A stretch of 28,989 nucleotides of DNA, taken from positions 1-28,989 of IMG/VR virus record IMGVR_UViG_3300017909_000513. One strand, written 5' to 3'. Position numbers and translations under genes: made by a program. The notes beneath the pieces are model-generated. The model was not told the origin of the DNA. It saw only the letters and a program-made list of their open reading frames with translations, and ran no database searches. Source of the stretch: a virus (Duplodnaviria; Caudoviricetes). Each line of letters begins with the position of its first letter. Position 1 is the stretch's first letter. Below, piece after piece: positions 1 to 8,374 of the stretch.

Positions 1-1
1 G

Positions 2-208
2 ACAGGCAAGGCGTGTGGGCGTCGCAAGGGTGAAAAACGGGGTACTCCATATTGTCGCCCCAGTAAGAGGGTATCGTCAAAAACCCCCAAAACAGCTTCC
101 GAACTTACAAAGTCGGAAAAAAGATCACGCATAGCCCAGAAGAAACGCATCGGCCAACCGGCAGGCAAGCCGCGCCGAGTAAAGGCTGTTCGACGTAAAA
201 AGAAATGA
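2..208 (+). CDS. 5'-truncated Lys/Arg-rich phage protein (...TGKACGRRKGEKRGTPYCRPSKRVSSKTPKTASEL...RRKKK)
   Basis: Frame 2 is open from the window edge to TGA 206-208, overlapping the next ATG (ATGA); not in the ORF track; CG...YCRP.KR.S.KTPKT resembles a motif I recall from small viral proteins. Confidence 0.8.
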   Translation, partial: TGKACGRRKGEKRGTPYCRPSKRVSSKTPKTASELTKSEKRSRIAQKKRIGQPAGKPRRVKAVRRKKK

Positions 209-672
209 AGGAAATGATTCGTCGCTGGATCATGGAGGATTTGACTCCTGTAGATCCAGATTCAGGGTTTGCCCTTTGTCCGTATGCCAAAAAAGCATGG
301 ATGGATGATCGCGTGAAAGTGGTGGTTTGCGACGGTGATTTGTGGGAGCGCGTCGCAGATGAATGTGTAAACTTTGATCCAAATACTGCTTTAACTGTTT
401 GCGTTGAGGAGAACCCAGAACGCTCATATGACGAGCTAGAGGCCGCCTGCATGGCGATGAACAGCTATTTTTCTATCACCAAGCAAGATTTGTGGGTATT
501 GGTGTTTGAAGGAGAGGTGGCTATCATCTTCATACAAAAACTATCCGAACTGGACGATGCTAGTCAAAAGCTCGAAAAAGTGGGATACTACGAGAACTAT
601 GAGCCTGACGACTACATCAAGCTTATCTTGAACCGGCGAGAAAAGAGGATCCAAAATGGTCAAAAAAGCTAA
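205..672 (+). CDS. Hypothetical protein, DUF1415-like
   Basis: 155 aa; N-terminal IRRWI...LCPYAKKA resembles the W...LCPFA motif of DUF1415 (recalled, not searched). Confidence 0.6.
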   Translation: MKEMIRRWIMEDLTPVDPDSGFALCPYAKKAWMDDRVKVVVCDGDLWERVADECVNFDPNTALTVCVEENPERSYDELEAACMAMNSYFSITKQDLWVLVFEGEVAIIFIQKLSELDDASQKLEKVGYYENYEPDDYIKLILNRREKRIQNGQKS

Positions 673-823
673 GAAGATGATGGGTGGCGGAGCCGCTAAG
701 AAGGCAGCGCGTCGTATGCGTGGTGGCGGCGCAACTATGAATGTCTCCCCTCGTAAGGCAATGGGCATGAAGAAGGGCGGCGCAGCCAAAAAGATGATGC
801 GTGGCGGCAAGGTTAAGAAGTAA
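656..823 (+). CDS. Small highly basic protein with repeated MxxGG motifs (55 aa; MVKKAKKMMGGGAAKKAARRMRGGG...MKKGGAAKKMMRGGKVKK)
   Basis: ATG 656 after GAGGA; TAA 821-823 overlaps the next ATG (TAATG); below the ORF-track size cut-off. Confidence 0.8.
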   Translation: MVKKAKKMMGGGAAKKAARRMRGGGATMNVSPRKAMGMKKGGAAKKMMRGGKVKK

Positions 824-1491
824 TGACAACTTCTGGTTCAACGGACTTTGAGCTTGATGTAAGTGATTACATCGAAGAGGCGTTTGAGCGCTGTGGTATG
901 CAGGTCAGGACAGGATATGATCTGAAAACTGCAAAAAGATCGTTGAACCTTTTATTCGCAGATTGGGCCAATCGCGGTTTAAATCAATGGACTATTACGC
1001 AGCGAACGCAGGCTTTGACAGCTTCCGACAATGATTATGATCTTGGAACTGACGTAATAGATGTTTTGTCTGTGGTTGTGCGGCGTGGCAGCACTGATTT
1101 TTCTATGAATAGAATTAGCCGCGATGATTATCTCAACATACCAAACAAAACAACTACTGGTCGGCCAACGCAGTTTTTTATTGATCGTCAAATAACGCCT
1201 AAAATAAAAATATGGCCCACACCAGAGAACTCTACTGATGTTTTGCACTTTGACTGTCTGACACGTATTGAAGACGCCGACACGTTTGTTAATACAGTAG
1301 AGGTTCCTTTTCGTTTTTATCCGTGCCTTGCAGCGGGGTTGGCATATTACTTAGCTATCAAGAAAGCTCCTGATAGAATACAGCTTCTAAAAGCTATTTA
1401 TGATGAAGAGTTTGACCGCGCACAAGCAGAGGATAGAGACAGAGCCTCCTTTAATGTGGTTCCTAGCCTTCAGTATTATAGGGTAGGGTGA
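823..1491 (+). CDS. Putative head-tail adaptor / tail tubular protein A-like
   Basis: 222 aa; DYIEEAFERCG...AKRSLNLLFADW.NRG, GRPTQFFIDR and IKIWPTP motifs typical of podoviral adaptors; position in structural operon. Confidence 0.7.
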   Translation: MTTSGSTDFELDVSDYIEEAFERCGMQVRTGYDLKTAKRSLNLLFADWANRGLNQWTITQRTQALTASDNDYDLGTDVIDVLSVVVRRGSTDFSMNRISRDDYLNIPNKTTTGRPTQFFIDRQITPKIKIWPTPENSTDVLHFDCLTRIEDADTFVNTVEVPFRFYPCLAAGLAYYLAIKKAPDRIQLLKAIYDEEFDRAQAEDRDRASFNVVPSLQYYRVG

Positions 1492-2210
1492 TGGCACGGT
1501 TCGCTACAGGAAAATACGCTTACGGCATTTCTGATAGGTCAGGGTTCCGCTATCGTCTAAAAGATATGCGTCGAGAATGGAATGGCCTTCTTGTTGGCCC
1601 TGACGAATATGAGCCAAAACATCCGCAATTAAGACCTGTTAGAATTAGTCCTGATGCAGAGGCTTTGCGAGATCCGAGGCCGGATACAAACAACATAATA
1701 CCTGTAGAGGTTTCTTTCCCTGCCTTCGATTTAACGACTTTACGGTTTATACCAAATCCATCTGTCGTTGGGAAAATAGGCAGTGTCTCTGTATCAACCA
1801 CATCAACAGGTAATGTATCCGTATCTGCCACAGGAGTTTCTGGAACAGGAGCCATTGGTTCATCTACCGTGACGGGTGTTCAAGTATTTGCAGTAACAGT
1901 TGTTAGCACGGGATATGGTAATAAATACTTTATAGATGGGGTGCAGCAGGCGACGGTAAATCTGTCTGAAGGCTCTACTTATATGTTTGATCAGTCCGAT
2001 TCGAGTAATGGTGGGCATCCTTTACGCCTGTCAACAACGTCTGATGGAACTCACGGCGGAGGATCAGAATACACTACAGGCGTAACAACGAGCGGAACGC
2101 CGGGTAATGCGGGGGCTTACACACAAATTACAGTAGCAGTGGGTGCGCCTACACTTTATTATTACTGCACCAATCACAGTGGCATGGGCGGACAGGCGAA
2201 CACACCATGA
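1491..2210 (+). CDS. Virion protein: conserved N-terminal domain, fibre-like repeat, C-terminal cupredoxin-like domain
   Basis: TGATG overlap at 1491; N-term GISDRSGFRY...EPKHPQL...RDPRPD; C-term GHPLR...YYYCTNHSGMGG. Confidence 0.75.
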   Translation: MARFATGKYAYGISDRSGFRYRLKDMRREWNGLLVGPDEYEPKHPQLRPVRISPDAEALRDPRPDTNNIIPVEVSFPAFDLTTLRFIPNPSVVGKIGSVSVSTTSTGNVSVSATGVSGTGAIGSSTVTGVQVFAVTVVSTGYGNKYFIDGVQQATVNLSEGSTYMFDQSDSSNGGHPLRLSTTSDGTHGGGSEYTTGVTTSGTPGNAGAYTQITVAVGAPTLYYYCTNHSGMGGQANTP

Positions 2211-2869
2211 GCTTTACATTCACGACATTGAAGCAAGCGATTCAGGATTGGACAGAAAACACAGAAACAACTTTTGTTAACAATCTGAATGTTTTCATAA
2301 AAAATGCTGAAGAGCGTATTCTTAAAGAAACAGATTTAGACTATTTTCGCAAAAATGTTGCGGGTGTGATGTCGAGTGGCAATAAATTTTTGAACATGCC
2401 CACAGACTATCTTGCCTCTTTTTCTTTGCATTTCATTGACAGTAGTGGAAATGCTCAATTTCTCTTACAGAAAGATGTAAATTACATTCAGGAATTTAAT
2501 CCAAATGCTGCCACAACCGGCCTTCCACGTTATTACGCGGCCTTTGATTACCAAAATTTTATTATTGGCCCCACTCCAAATGCTAATTATGTCACTGAAT
2601 TACATTACTATTATAGACCGCAGTCAATAACGGAGACTTCAGATGGTCAGTCTTGGCTTGGAACGAATGCTCCGAATACACTTTTGTATGCGTGCTTAAT
2701 AGAAGCGTACACTTTTATGAAGGGTGAGACGGATCTTCTTCAGTTGTATATGAACAGATATGCAGAATCTATGCGGAGACTTCCGCCGCCACCGTTAAAA
2801 GTTTATGCTGAAGGGCGAGAAAATACAGATGCTTACAGGGAGGAACCTCTCCGTGCATCTACAATGTAA
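2207..2869 (+). CDS. Second adaptor-like tail protein
   Basis: 220 aa; LKQAIQDWTE...FIKNAEERI, G.PRYYA, IGPTP, LLYACLIEAY motifs; ATGA overlap. Confidence 0.65.
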   Translation: MSFTFTTLKQAIQDWTENTETTFVNNLNVFIKNAEERILKETDLDYFRKNVAGVMSSGNKFLNMPTDYLASFSLHFIDSSGNAQFLLQKDVNYIQEFNPNAATTGLPRYYAAFDYQNFIIGPTPNANYVTELHYYYRPQSITETSDGQSWLGTNAPNTLLYACLIEAYTFMKGETDLLQLYMNRYAESMRRLPPPPLKVYAEGRENTDAYREEPLRASTM

Positions 2870-2878
2870 GGGCAAAAA

Positions 2879-3631
2879 ATGTTTGATGAACTTGAGGGCA
2901 AAGAAATTGCCATTGTTGGTCTTGGGGGAAGTTACGCAGATTACGTGAAGGCTCGTATAAATTCCACAAGCTATGATGAGGTTTGGGGGATTAATTCTAT
3001 CGGCGCAATTGTTCATGTTGATAGAACTTTTATGATGGACCCAGCTAGTCGCTTTCTTGATGGAGTGAAAGCAGGAACCCAAACAGGAATTGCAGCAGAA
3101 TTTTTGTTAGAAACCCCTAACAAGGGGCCGATATATTCTTGTTGCCTTGATGAAAGAGTGCCTGAGATCGTAGAGTATCCACTTTCTGAGGTTATAACAG
3201 AACTTGGATTTGCCTATTTTAACAATACTGTAGCGTATGCAATTGCTTTTGCTATCGCAGCTAAAGTTAAGAGAATCAATCTCTTTGGGATAGATTTTTC
3301 TTACAGAAAGAATTTGCATTTTGCGGAAGCTGGTAGATCCTGTTGTGAGTTTTGGGCGGCTATAGCTTTAACACGAGGCATTTTAGTGCGCACTGCGGAG
3401 CAGTCTTCTTTTTTAGACACAAATGTACCTTTGAACGAAAAATTGTATGGATATCATCGTTTAGATGATCCGCTTGTTCAGTACACTGAAAACGATAAAT
3501 TAATTATCGTTGCAGAATCTGAGTACAAGCCGAAAAAACAAGAACACTTGGAAGGCCCAGAGCCTTTGGATGGTAGAGAGCCTGTGTTACACGGAAGGCA
3601 TGATGTAGAGGGAATAACCTACAATGTTTAA
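2879..3631 (+). CDS. Putative glycosyltransferase-like protein (Maf/DUF115/CstII-type fold)
   Basis: 250 aa; IAIVGLGGS, VWGIN, NNTVAYAIAFA...KRINLFGIDFSY match the GxGxS...N...IxLxGxD pattern of that fold. Confidence 0.55.
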   Translation: MFDELEGKEIAIVGLGGSYADYVKARINSTSYDEVWGINSIGAIVHVDRTFMMDPASRFLDGVKAGTQTGIAAEFLLETPNKGPIYSCCLDERVPEIVEYPLSEVITELGFAYFNNTVAYAIAFAIAAKVKRINLFGIDFSYRKNLHFAEAGRSCCEFWAAIALTRGILVRTAEQSSFLDTNVPLNEKLYGYHRLDDPLVQYTENDKLIIVAESEYKPKKQEHLEGPEPLDGREPVLHGRHDVEGITYNV

Positions 3632-3914
3632 TGTTACTACGAGCATGGGGGCCGGTGAAGTATCCGTAGTTACTTCAGACAATGGTGGCTTAGAGACAGA
3701 TCAAATCGTAGAGTTGGCAATGGATAAGCTGTTAAAAGTTTCAGAGACAGCCCCTCCTGCTATACGCGATCAAGCAGAGGTGTTTCGTGAACAATTGCGA
3801 GCTTTGTTGGCTTACTACATAAATATTGCTCGTAGAGAAGAACGTGCTACTATATGTCATATCTTGAGCCGTGAAGGACAAGATGTTTTGGCTGACGCAA
3901 TAAGGAGAATGTAA
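3624..3914 (+). CDS. Hypothetical phage protein
   Basis: 96 aa ORF overlapping both neighbours; no recognisable function. Confidence 0.75.
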   Translation: MFNVTTSMGAGEVSVVTSDNGGLETDQIVELAMDKLLKVSETAPPAIRDQAEVFREQLRALLAYYINIARREERATICHILSREGQDVLADAIRRM

Positions 3915-4372
3915 TGGCTATTGCAGGTACAGTAATGTGTACTTCCTTCAAAAAAGAGCTTTTGACAGGTACGCACAATTTTACAAACTCAACTGGAAAC
4001 ACCTTTAAGCTTGCTCTGTACGCGGAAAGTAGTGGCGGCAAATCTAGCACTACGGCGACTCTTGGCGCGGGAACAACCGCTTTCACTACGACGGGTGAAG
4101 TCGCCTCTAGTGGGACGTATGTCACTGGTGGTCTTGCTTTGACAAATGTTACTCCCACGAGTTCTGGAACGGTTGGGTTTACAGATTTTGCAGACCGTGA
4201 TTTTACCAGCGCCACGATAACTGCGATGGGTGCCTTGATTTACAATTCAAGCCAATCAAACAAAGCTGTTTGTGTGCTTGATTTCGGCAGTAACAAGACA
4301 TCTACTTCCGGCACATTTACGATTGCGTTTCCGACTGCCAACCAATCTTCGGCAATTATTCGTATCGAGTAA
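3914..4372 (+). CDS. Virion structural protein, putative fibre base/attachment protein
   Basis: 152 aa; SD AAGGAG; MCTSFKKELL.G.HNF...FKLALY...VCVLDFG motif familiar from phage structural genes preceding fibre genes. Confidence 0.7.
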   Translation: MAIAGTVMCTSFKKELLTGTHNFTNSTGNTFKLALYAESSGGKSSTTATLGAGTTAFTTTGEVASSGTYVTGGLALTNVTPTSSGTVGFTDFADRDFTSATITAMGALIYNSSQSNKAVCVLDFGSNKTSTSGTFTIAFPTANQSSAIIRIE

Positions 4373-4373
4373 A

Positions 4374-4696
4374 ATGCCTGATGTCAGTCAAGAAAAAGCG
4401 CATTGTAATACCGCTTACAATGCGTTTTTTTATAGAATAAAGACTCAATCGTTAACCGAGGCATGAATATGTCAGAATGCTGTACTCTCTACTTTATCAC
4501 GGGGTAATTTTTCATGTCGGAATCAGATGCGGGTTATATAATTTTACCAGTTGTGCTTCCTCTCGTAAAAATTCGTTGTTATGACGCGGGGGGAGGGGAA
4601 GATGTGACAGTGCTGGAAGACACTACGGGGTGGAGTCTTAATTCTGTCAATGATGCGTGTGAAGTAAAGTTTGAAGAGTGGGTTGCATCTAGGTAA
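4374..4696 (+). pseudogene. Possibly disrupted ~107-aa gene (in-frame TGA 4464-4466 and a one-base shift in the T-run 4508-4512); otherwise two tiny ORFs, 4374-4466 and 4514-4696
   Basis: ATG 4374 immediately follows the upstream stop; the downstream part ends in a TAATG overlap with 4696; two point lesions would join them. Confidence 0.4.
4393..4431. terminator. Intrinsic terminator-like hairpin, possibly bidirectional
   Basis: AAAAA-GCGCATTGTAA-taccgc-TTACAATGCGT-TTTTTT: 11-bp stem with one G-U, flanked by A5 and a T tract. Confidence 0.6.
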
Positions 4697-6822
4697 TGGC
4701 TACGTATTGGATAGACCCCTTTTTAGAGGCTACTACGCAGGGTGCCGGTACGACCGACACTACTACTAAGGACGGCTCATATGCTGCACCCTTTTCTCTT
4801 AACGATTTCATAAGCACCAGTAATACTGCTGTAAGCTCAATAAATGGCACCAGTTTTTCTGACGGTGATGAATTACGAATGAAAGGCATCGCCTTCGGTA
4901 CGCTTTTTGGTAGTGAAGGAAATGTCTATGCCTTCAACGCTCTTGGCTACTCTCTTGCTACAAGCGAGTTAAAACCTGTAACTGGTAATACCACTTTTGA
5001 CGGCACATCTACTGATACTGCTTCTAATTTATTTGCTTTTCAAAATAGTGACATAGCTAGTTATCTTCCTAATTGGAGCCACCCCTTATTTTTTGCGGGT
5101 AATGAACACAGTGATAGCACCAAAGTACAAACCCTCATTCACTCGTTTCTTTGGCCTGTTGTCAATCAGCAGATGGGTTACAATAGCGCAAGCACTACCG
5201 GAATTGAGCTTTTTAGAGTAAAGGATGAATACGCCAATGTTATAAGCTATAGCACTAGCCACCAATATTGTTTTAATATTTCTGTAAAAGTTACTTTGTC
5301 CGCAGGATGGACAAGCGAAACAGCACAAAATGGTTACAGCATCTTTGAAGTGTATGGCATTACAAGTTTTAGATATTTTTACATTAATTCTGCTACTGGA
5401 ACCAAAGTAAAATACGACTGTGAGCGCCTTATTTTCTGTCAGTCTGAACATCCTAGCGCAGCTAGTTATCAGGGATTGTACACGGAATTTCAAGAAAGTA
5501 GCGCTAGGGGCGAGGCTACAGACCATGTATTTCCTGTACTCGCTTGTAATCTTTATTATATATTCACTCTTTATTACGGGGACTACGCTGGAAGTACAGC
5601 GGTCTGGCCTATGATTACTGGAGGATCAGAGAATTACGAGAATTACATAAGATTTTTCCCGTGGGATCGTCCGGGCGGTACCACAAGTACGTTTAAAAAT
5701 TTTATATCTGGTGCGAACTTCTTTTCGTTCCAAAGAAGTTATAGCAGCCATGCACATAAAATAGGAAATGTTTACTCTAAAGCCTACGAGGACTCTTCTT
5801 TAGGCACACAGACTGTCTTTCAATACAATTCTGCTTATCAACCCGCCAGCACAGGTTCTTCCGTTACTTTTTTACAGAATAGTGTTTACTGTATGCTGGC
5901 CAAGAGTACCTCCAGTACCGCTATTGTTTTAGATAATAGTGGGGGAACAGTCACCTACGAATCGGGCTTGAAGAACCCCGGAATATCTCCTCTAACGTCT
6001 GTTGTTCCCGGCGTAGGAACATACGGCGACTATATAGGCCCAACAATGGGAAGCGTGGAATCTTCTACTTCAAGCGACCTTGCTCTTTTTAATTCAACAA
6101 AAACAGTCAACGCGTCACAGAACTGGTATGACCCCAAGTTGACTCGCGACGGATTTTTTGATCCGATAACTTACACATCTTTTGGAAAATTTACTCTCGG
6201 CGGTAGTAACTACAGGACTACTGCTCACAATATCGGTCTTTACGTAGGTACCGCTTTAGGCTCAACCGCTGCTCCGCAATTTTTAATCGCATCCGCAGAA
6301 CATAATGATTACGACGGAAAACCTATATCTTTGATAGGCGATCCCTACACGGCAGGGGTACAGTTTCCTGCTCTTCTTTACAACGACACTGTTAGCAGCA
6401 CAGATGTTCTGGTTGGACAGTGGTGCGGAACAGCGACCGGTAATGCATCTACACAGTCGTGGATACCTCTCGATCTTGTTGTTCCGAGCTACACTGCTGG
6501 ATCGGACAATTTAAGGGCAAAAGTTGTTTTGGCTTATGCGGATGGAAGTAGCAATTCTACGGCAGGGTCTATTCTTTTACGGGCGTGGCACAGGGATACC
6601 ACTCAAACAGGTAATTTTCGTGTGTATAGCTCATCGGCCACAGCCGTATCCGCAGGAGGTGACCCTGCTTCACCCACAACAGTTACCTTGAATTTAAGTA
6701 ACGTGCCGACCAGTGGTCAAGATGATATTACGACAGTGTGTTTAGGCATTCGCCTCGACTTTGCCTCAAACACTAATATTCAAAAATACTATGTAGTTTC
6801 TGCTGATATAGAGACATACTAA
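4696..6822 (+). CDS. Large spike/receptor-binding protein, possibly beta-helix (pectate lyase-like)
   Basis: 708 aa, Ser/Thr/aromatic-rich; N-term TYWID...DGSYAAPF...GDELRMKG resembles the start of parallel beta-helix proteins; visibly AT-rich. Confidence 0.55.
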   Translation: MATYWIDPFLEATTQGAGTTDTTTKDGSYAAPFSLNDFISTSNTAVSSINGTSFSDGDELRMKGIAFGTLFGSEGNVYAFNALGYSLATSELKPVTGNTTFDGTSTDTASNLFAFQNSDIASYLPNWSHPLFFAGNEHSDSTKVQTLIHSFLWPVVNQQMGYNSASTTGIELFRVKDEYANVISYSTSHQYCFNISVKVTLSAGWTSETAQNGYSIFEVYGITSFRYFYINSATGTKVKYDCERLIFCQSEHPSAASYQGLYTEFQESSARGEATDHVFPVLACNLYYIFTLYYGDYAGSTAVWPMITGGSENYENYIRFFPWDRPGGTTSTFKNFISGANFFSFQRSYSSHAHKIGNVYSKAYEDSSLGTQTVFQYNSAYQPASTGSSVTFLQNSVYCMLAKSTSSTAIVLDNSGGTVTYESGLKNPGISPLTSVVPGVGTYGDYIGPTMGSVESSTSSDLALFNSTKTVNASQNWYDPKLTRDGFFDPITYTSFGKFTLGGSNYRTTAHNIGLYVGTALGSTAAPQFLIASAEHNDYDGKPISLIGDPYTAGVQFPALLYNDTVSSTDVLVGQWCGTATGNASTQSWIPLDLVVPSYTAGSDNLRAKVVLAYADGSSNSTAGSILLRAWHRDTTQTGNFRVYSSSATAVSAGGDPASPTTVTLNLSNVPTSGQDDITTVCLGIRLDFASNTNIQKYYVVSADIETY

Positions 6823-6823
6823 C

Positions 6824-8374
6824 ATGGCTTTACCGAGAGTAAGTGGACTAGGGTTTTACGATACCCTGACCGTTAACGGACTCGGTTTTGTTGACGCTGA
6901 CTTTTCATCAGGCGGCGTTGTCGACGTATCAGTAACCCCCACAGGAGTGGCTGGTACTGGCGCTATAGGCACAGTCACCGTTTCAGTGACAGCAGACGCT
7001 TCAGTAAGTCCTACAGGGGTAGCTGGGACAGGCGCTGTTGGCACAGTTACCGCTTCAGGAACAGAAAACGTTTCAGTAACCCCCACAGGGGTAGCTGGCA
7101 CTGGCGCTATCGGCACAGTTTCTATTCAAGAGGGCGCAGGTGTATCTGTTAGCGGCGTGGCCGGTACAGGTGCCATCGGCACAGTTTCTGTTCAAGAGGG
7201 TATAGGAGTATCAGTTAGTGGTGTAGCTGGTACCGGCGCTATTGGCACAGTTTCTGTTGGTCAAGGCATTGGTGTATCCGTTACGGGTGTATCTGGCACG
7301 GGTGAAATAGGCTCGGCCTCTGTTCAAACTGATGTCTCAATAAGTGTTTCAGGTGTATCCGGCGCTGGCGCTATTGGTACTGTAACGCCAGCGGCTGGCG
7401 CGAGTGTTTCTGTTTCCGGCGTTGCTGGCACATCTGAAGTGGGAACAGTTTCTCTTACAGGTACGTCTGTTGTTTCTCCAACAGGCGTTGCCGGTAGGGG
7501 AGAGATTGGGGTTATAGAGTTTCAAGGGGAGGCAATAGCTTCTCCAACGGGAGTTGCGGCCAATGGTGAGATTGGTCAAGAAACTGTAAGCGGTGATTCC
7601 AACTTTACTGTTGGTGGCGTTTCCTCCACAGGTGCTATTGGCACTGTAGTTGCTCAAATATCCAAATCCGTAGATGTAACAGGCGTTGCGGCTACAGGTG
7701 CTATTGGCACTGTAGTTGCTCAAATATCTACATCTGTAGATGTAACAGGCGTTGCGGCTACAGGCGCTATTGGCACTATTTCTGTCGAAGAAGGAACTGA
7801 TGTATCCGCCACGGGTGTATCTGGAGCAGGTCAGATAGGAACAATTGTTCCTACTGGCGATGCCAATGTAGTTGCAACTGGCGTTAACTCCACTGGAAAT
7901 ATTGGCACCGTTTCTATTGAAGAAGGAGTAGGAGTATCAGTCAGCGGCGTGGCTGGCACTGGTGAAGTAGGCACCGTTTCTGTTGAGGAGGGCGTTGGAG
8001 TATCGGTCAGTGGTGTGGCTAGTACCGGTGCAGTAGGCACAGTAACGGTATCAATAACCACTGATGTAAGTGTATCCGTAACAGGAGTGTCCGCAACCGG
8101 CGCTGTCGGCTCTGTGACAGTAGAAGAAGGTGTGGGTGTATCTGTAACAGGAGTATCATCCACGGGTGCCGTAGGTTCGGTCACGCCTACAGGCGCTGCA
8201 ACCGTCTCCTTGAGCGGCGTAAAAATTACAGGTAAGATAGGTCTTGTTAACATTTGGGGTGAGATTGTACCGGATCAGACTCCTAGCTGGTCCGATGTGA
8301 GTGCCAGCCAAACACCAAGTTGGTCTGAAATAACTCCAAACCAAACTCCTAATTGGAAAGAGGAGGCAGCGTAA
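6824..8374 (+). CDS. Fibre shaft protein with ~20 tandem 22-24-aa V/S/G/T repeats
   Basis: Repeats VSVxGVAGTGAIGTVS; Trp-periodic C-terminus WGEIVPDQTPSWSDVSASQTPSWSEITPNQTPNW. Confidence 0.85.
   Translation: MALPRVSGLGFYDTLTVNGLGFVDADFSSGGVVDVSVTPTGVAGTGAIGTVTVSVTADASVSPTGVAGTGAVGTVTASGTENVSVTPTGVAGTGAIGTVSIQEGAGVSVSGVAGTGAIGTVSVQEGIGVSVSGVAGTGAIGTVSVGQGIGVSVTGVSGTGEIGSASVQTDVSISVSGVSGAGAIGTVTPAAGASVSVSGVAGTSEVGTVSLTGTSVVSPTGVAGRGEIGVIEFQGEAIASPTGVAANGEIGQETVSGDSNFTVGGVSSTGAIGTVVAQISKSVDVTGVAATGAIGTVVAQISTSVDVTGVAATGAIGTISVEEGTDVSATGVSGAGQIGTIVPTGDANVVATGVNSTGNIGTVSIEEGVGVSVSGVAGTGEVGTVSVEEGVGVSVSGVASTGAVGTVTVSITTDVSVSVTGVSATGAVGSVTVEEGVGVSVTGVSSTGAVGSVTPTGAATVSLSGVKITGKIGLVNIWGEIVPDQTPSWSDVSASQTPSWSEITPNQTPNWKEEAA
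7628..7777 (+). repeat. Near-identical 66-bp tandem duplication (2 copies plus partial) in the fibre gene
   Basis: Units start at 7628, 7694 and 7760; each encodes TGAIGTVVAQIS(K/T)SVDVTGVAA. Confidence 0.9.

Noticed and set aside
4464-4466. TGA recoding (alternative genetic code)
   Set aside because: TGA is a normal stop in many coupled genes here, and long ORFs are intact under the standard code.
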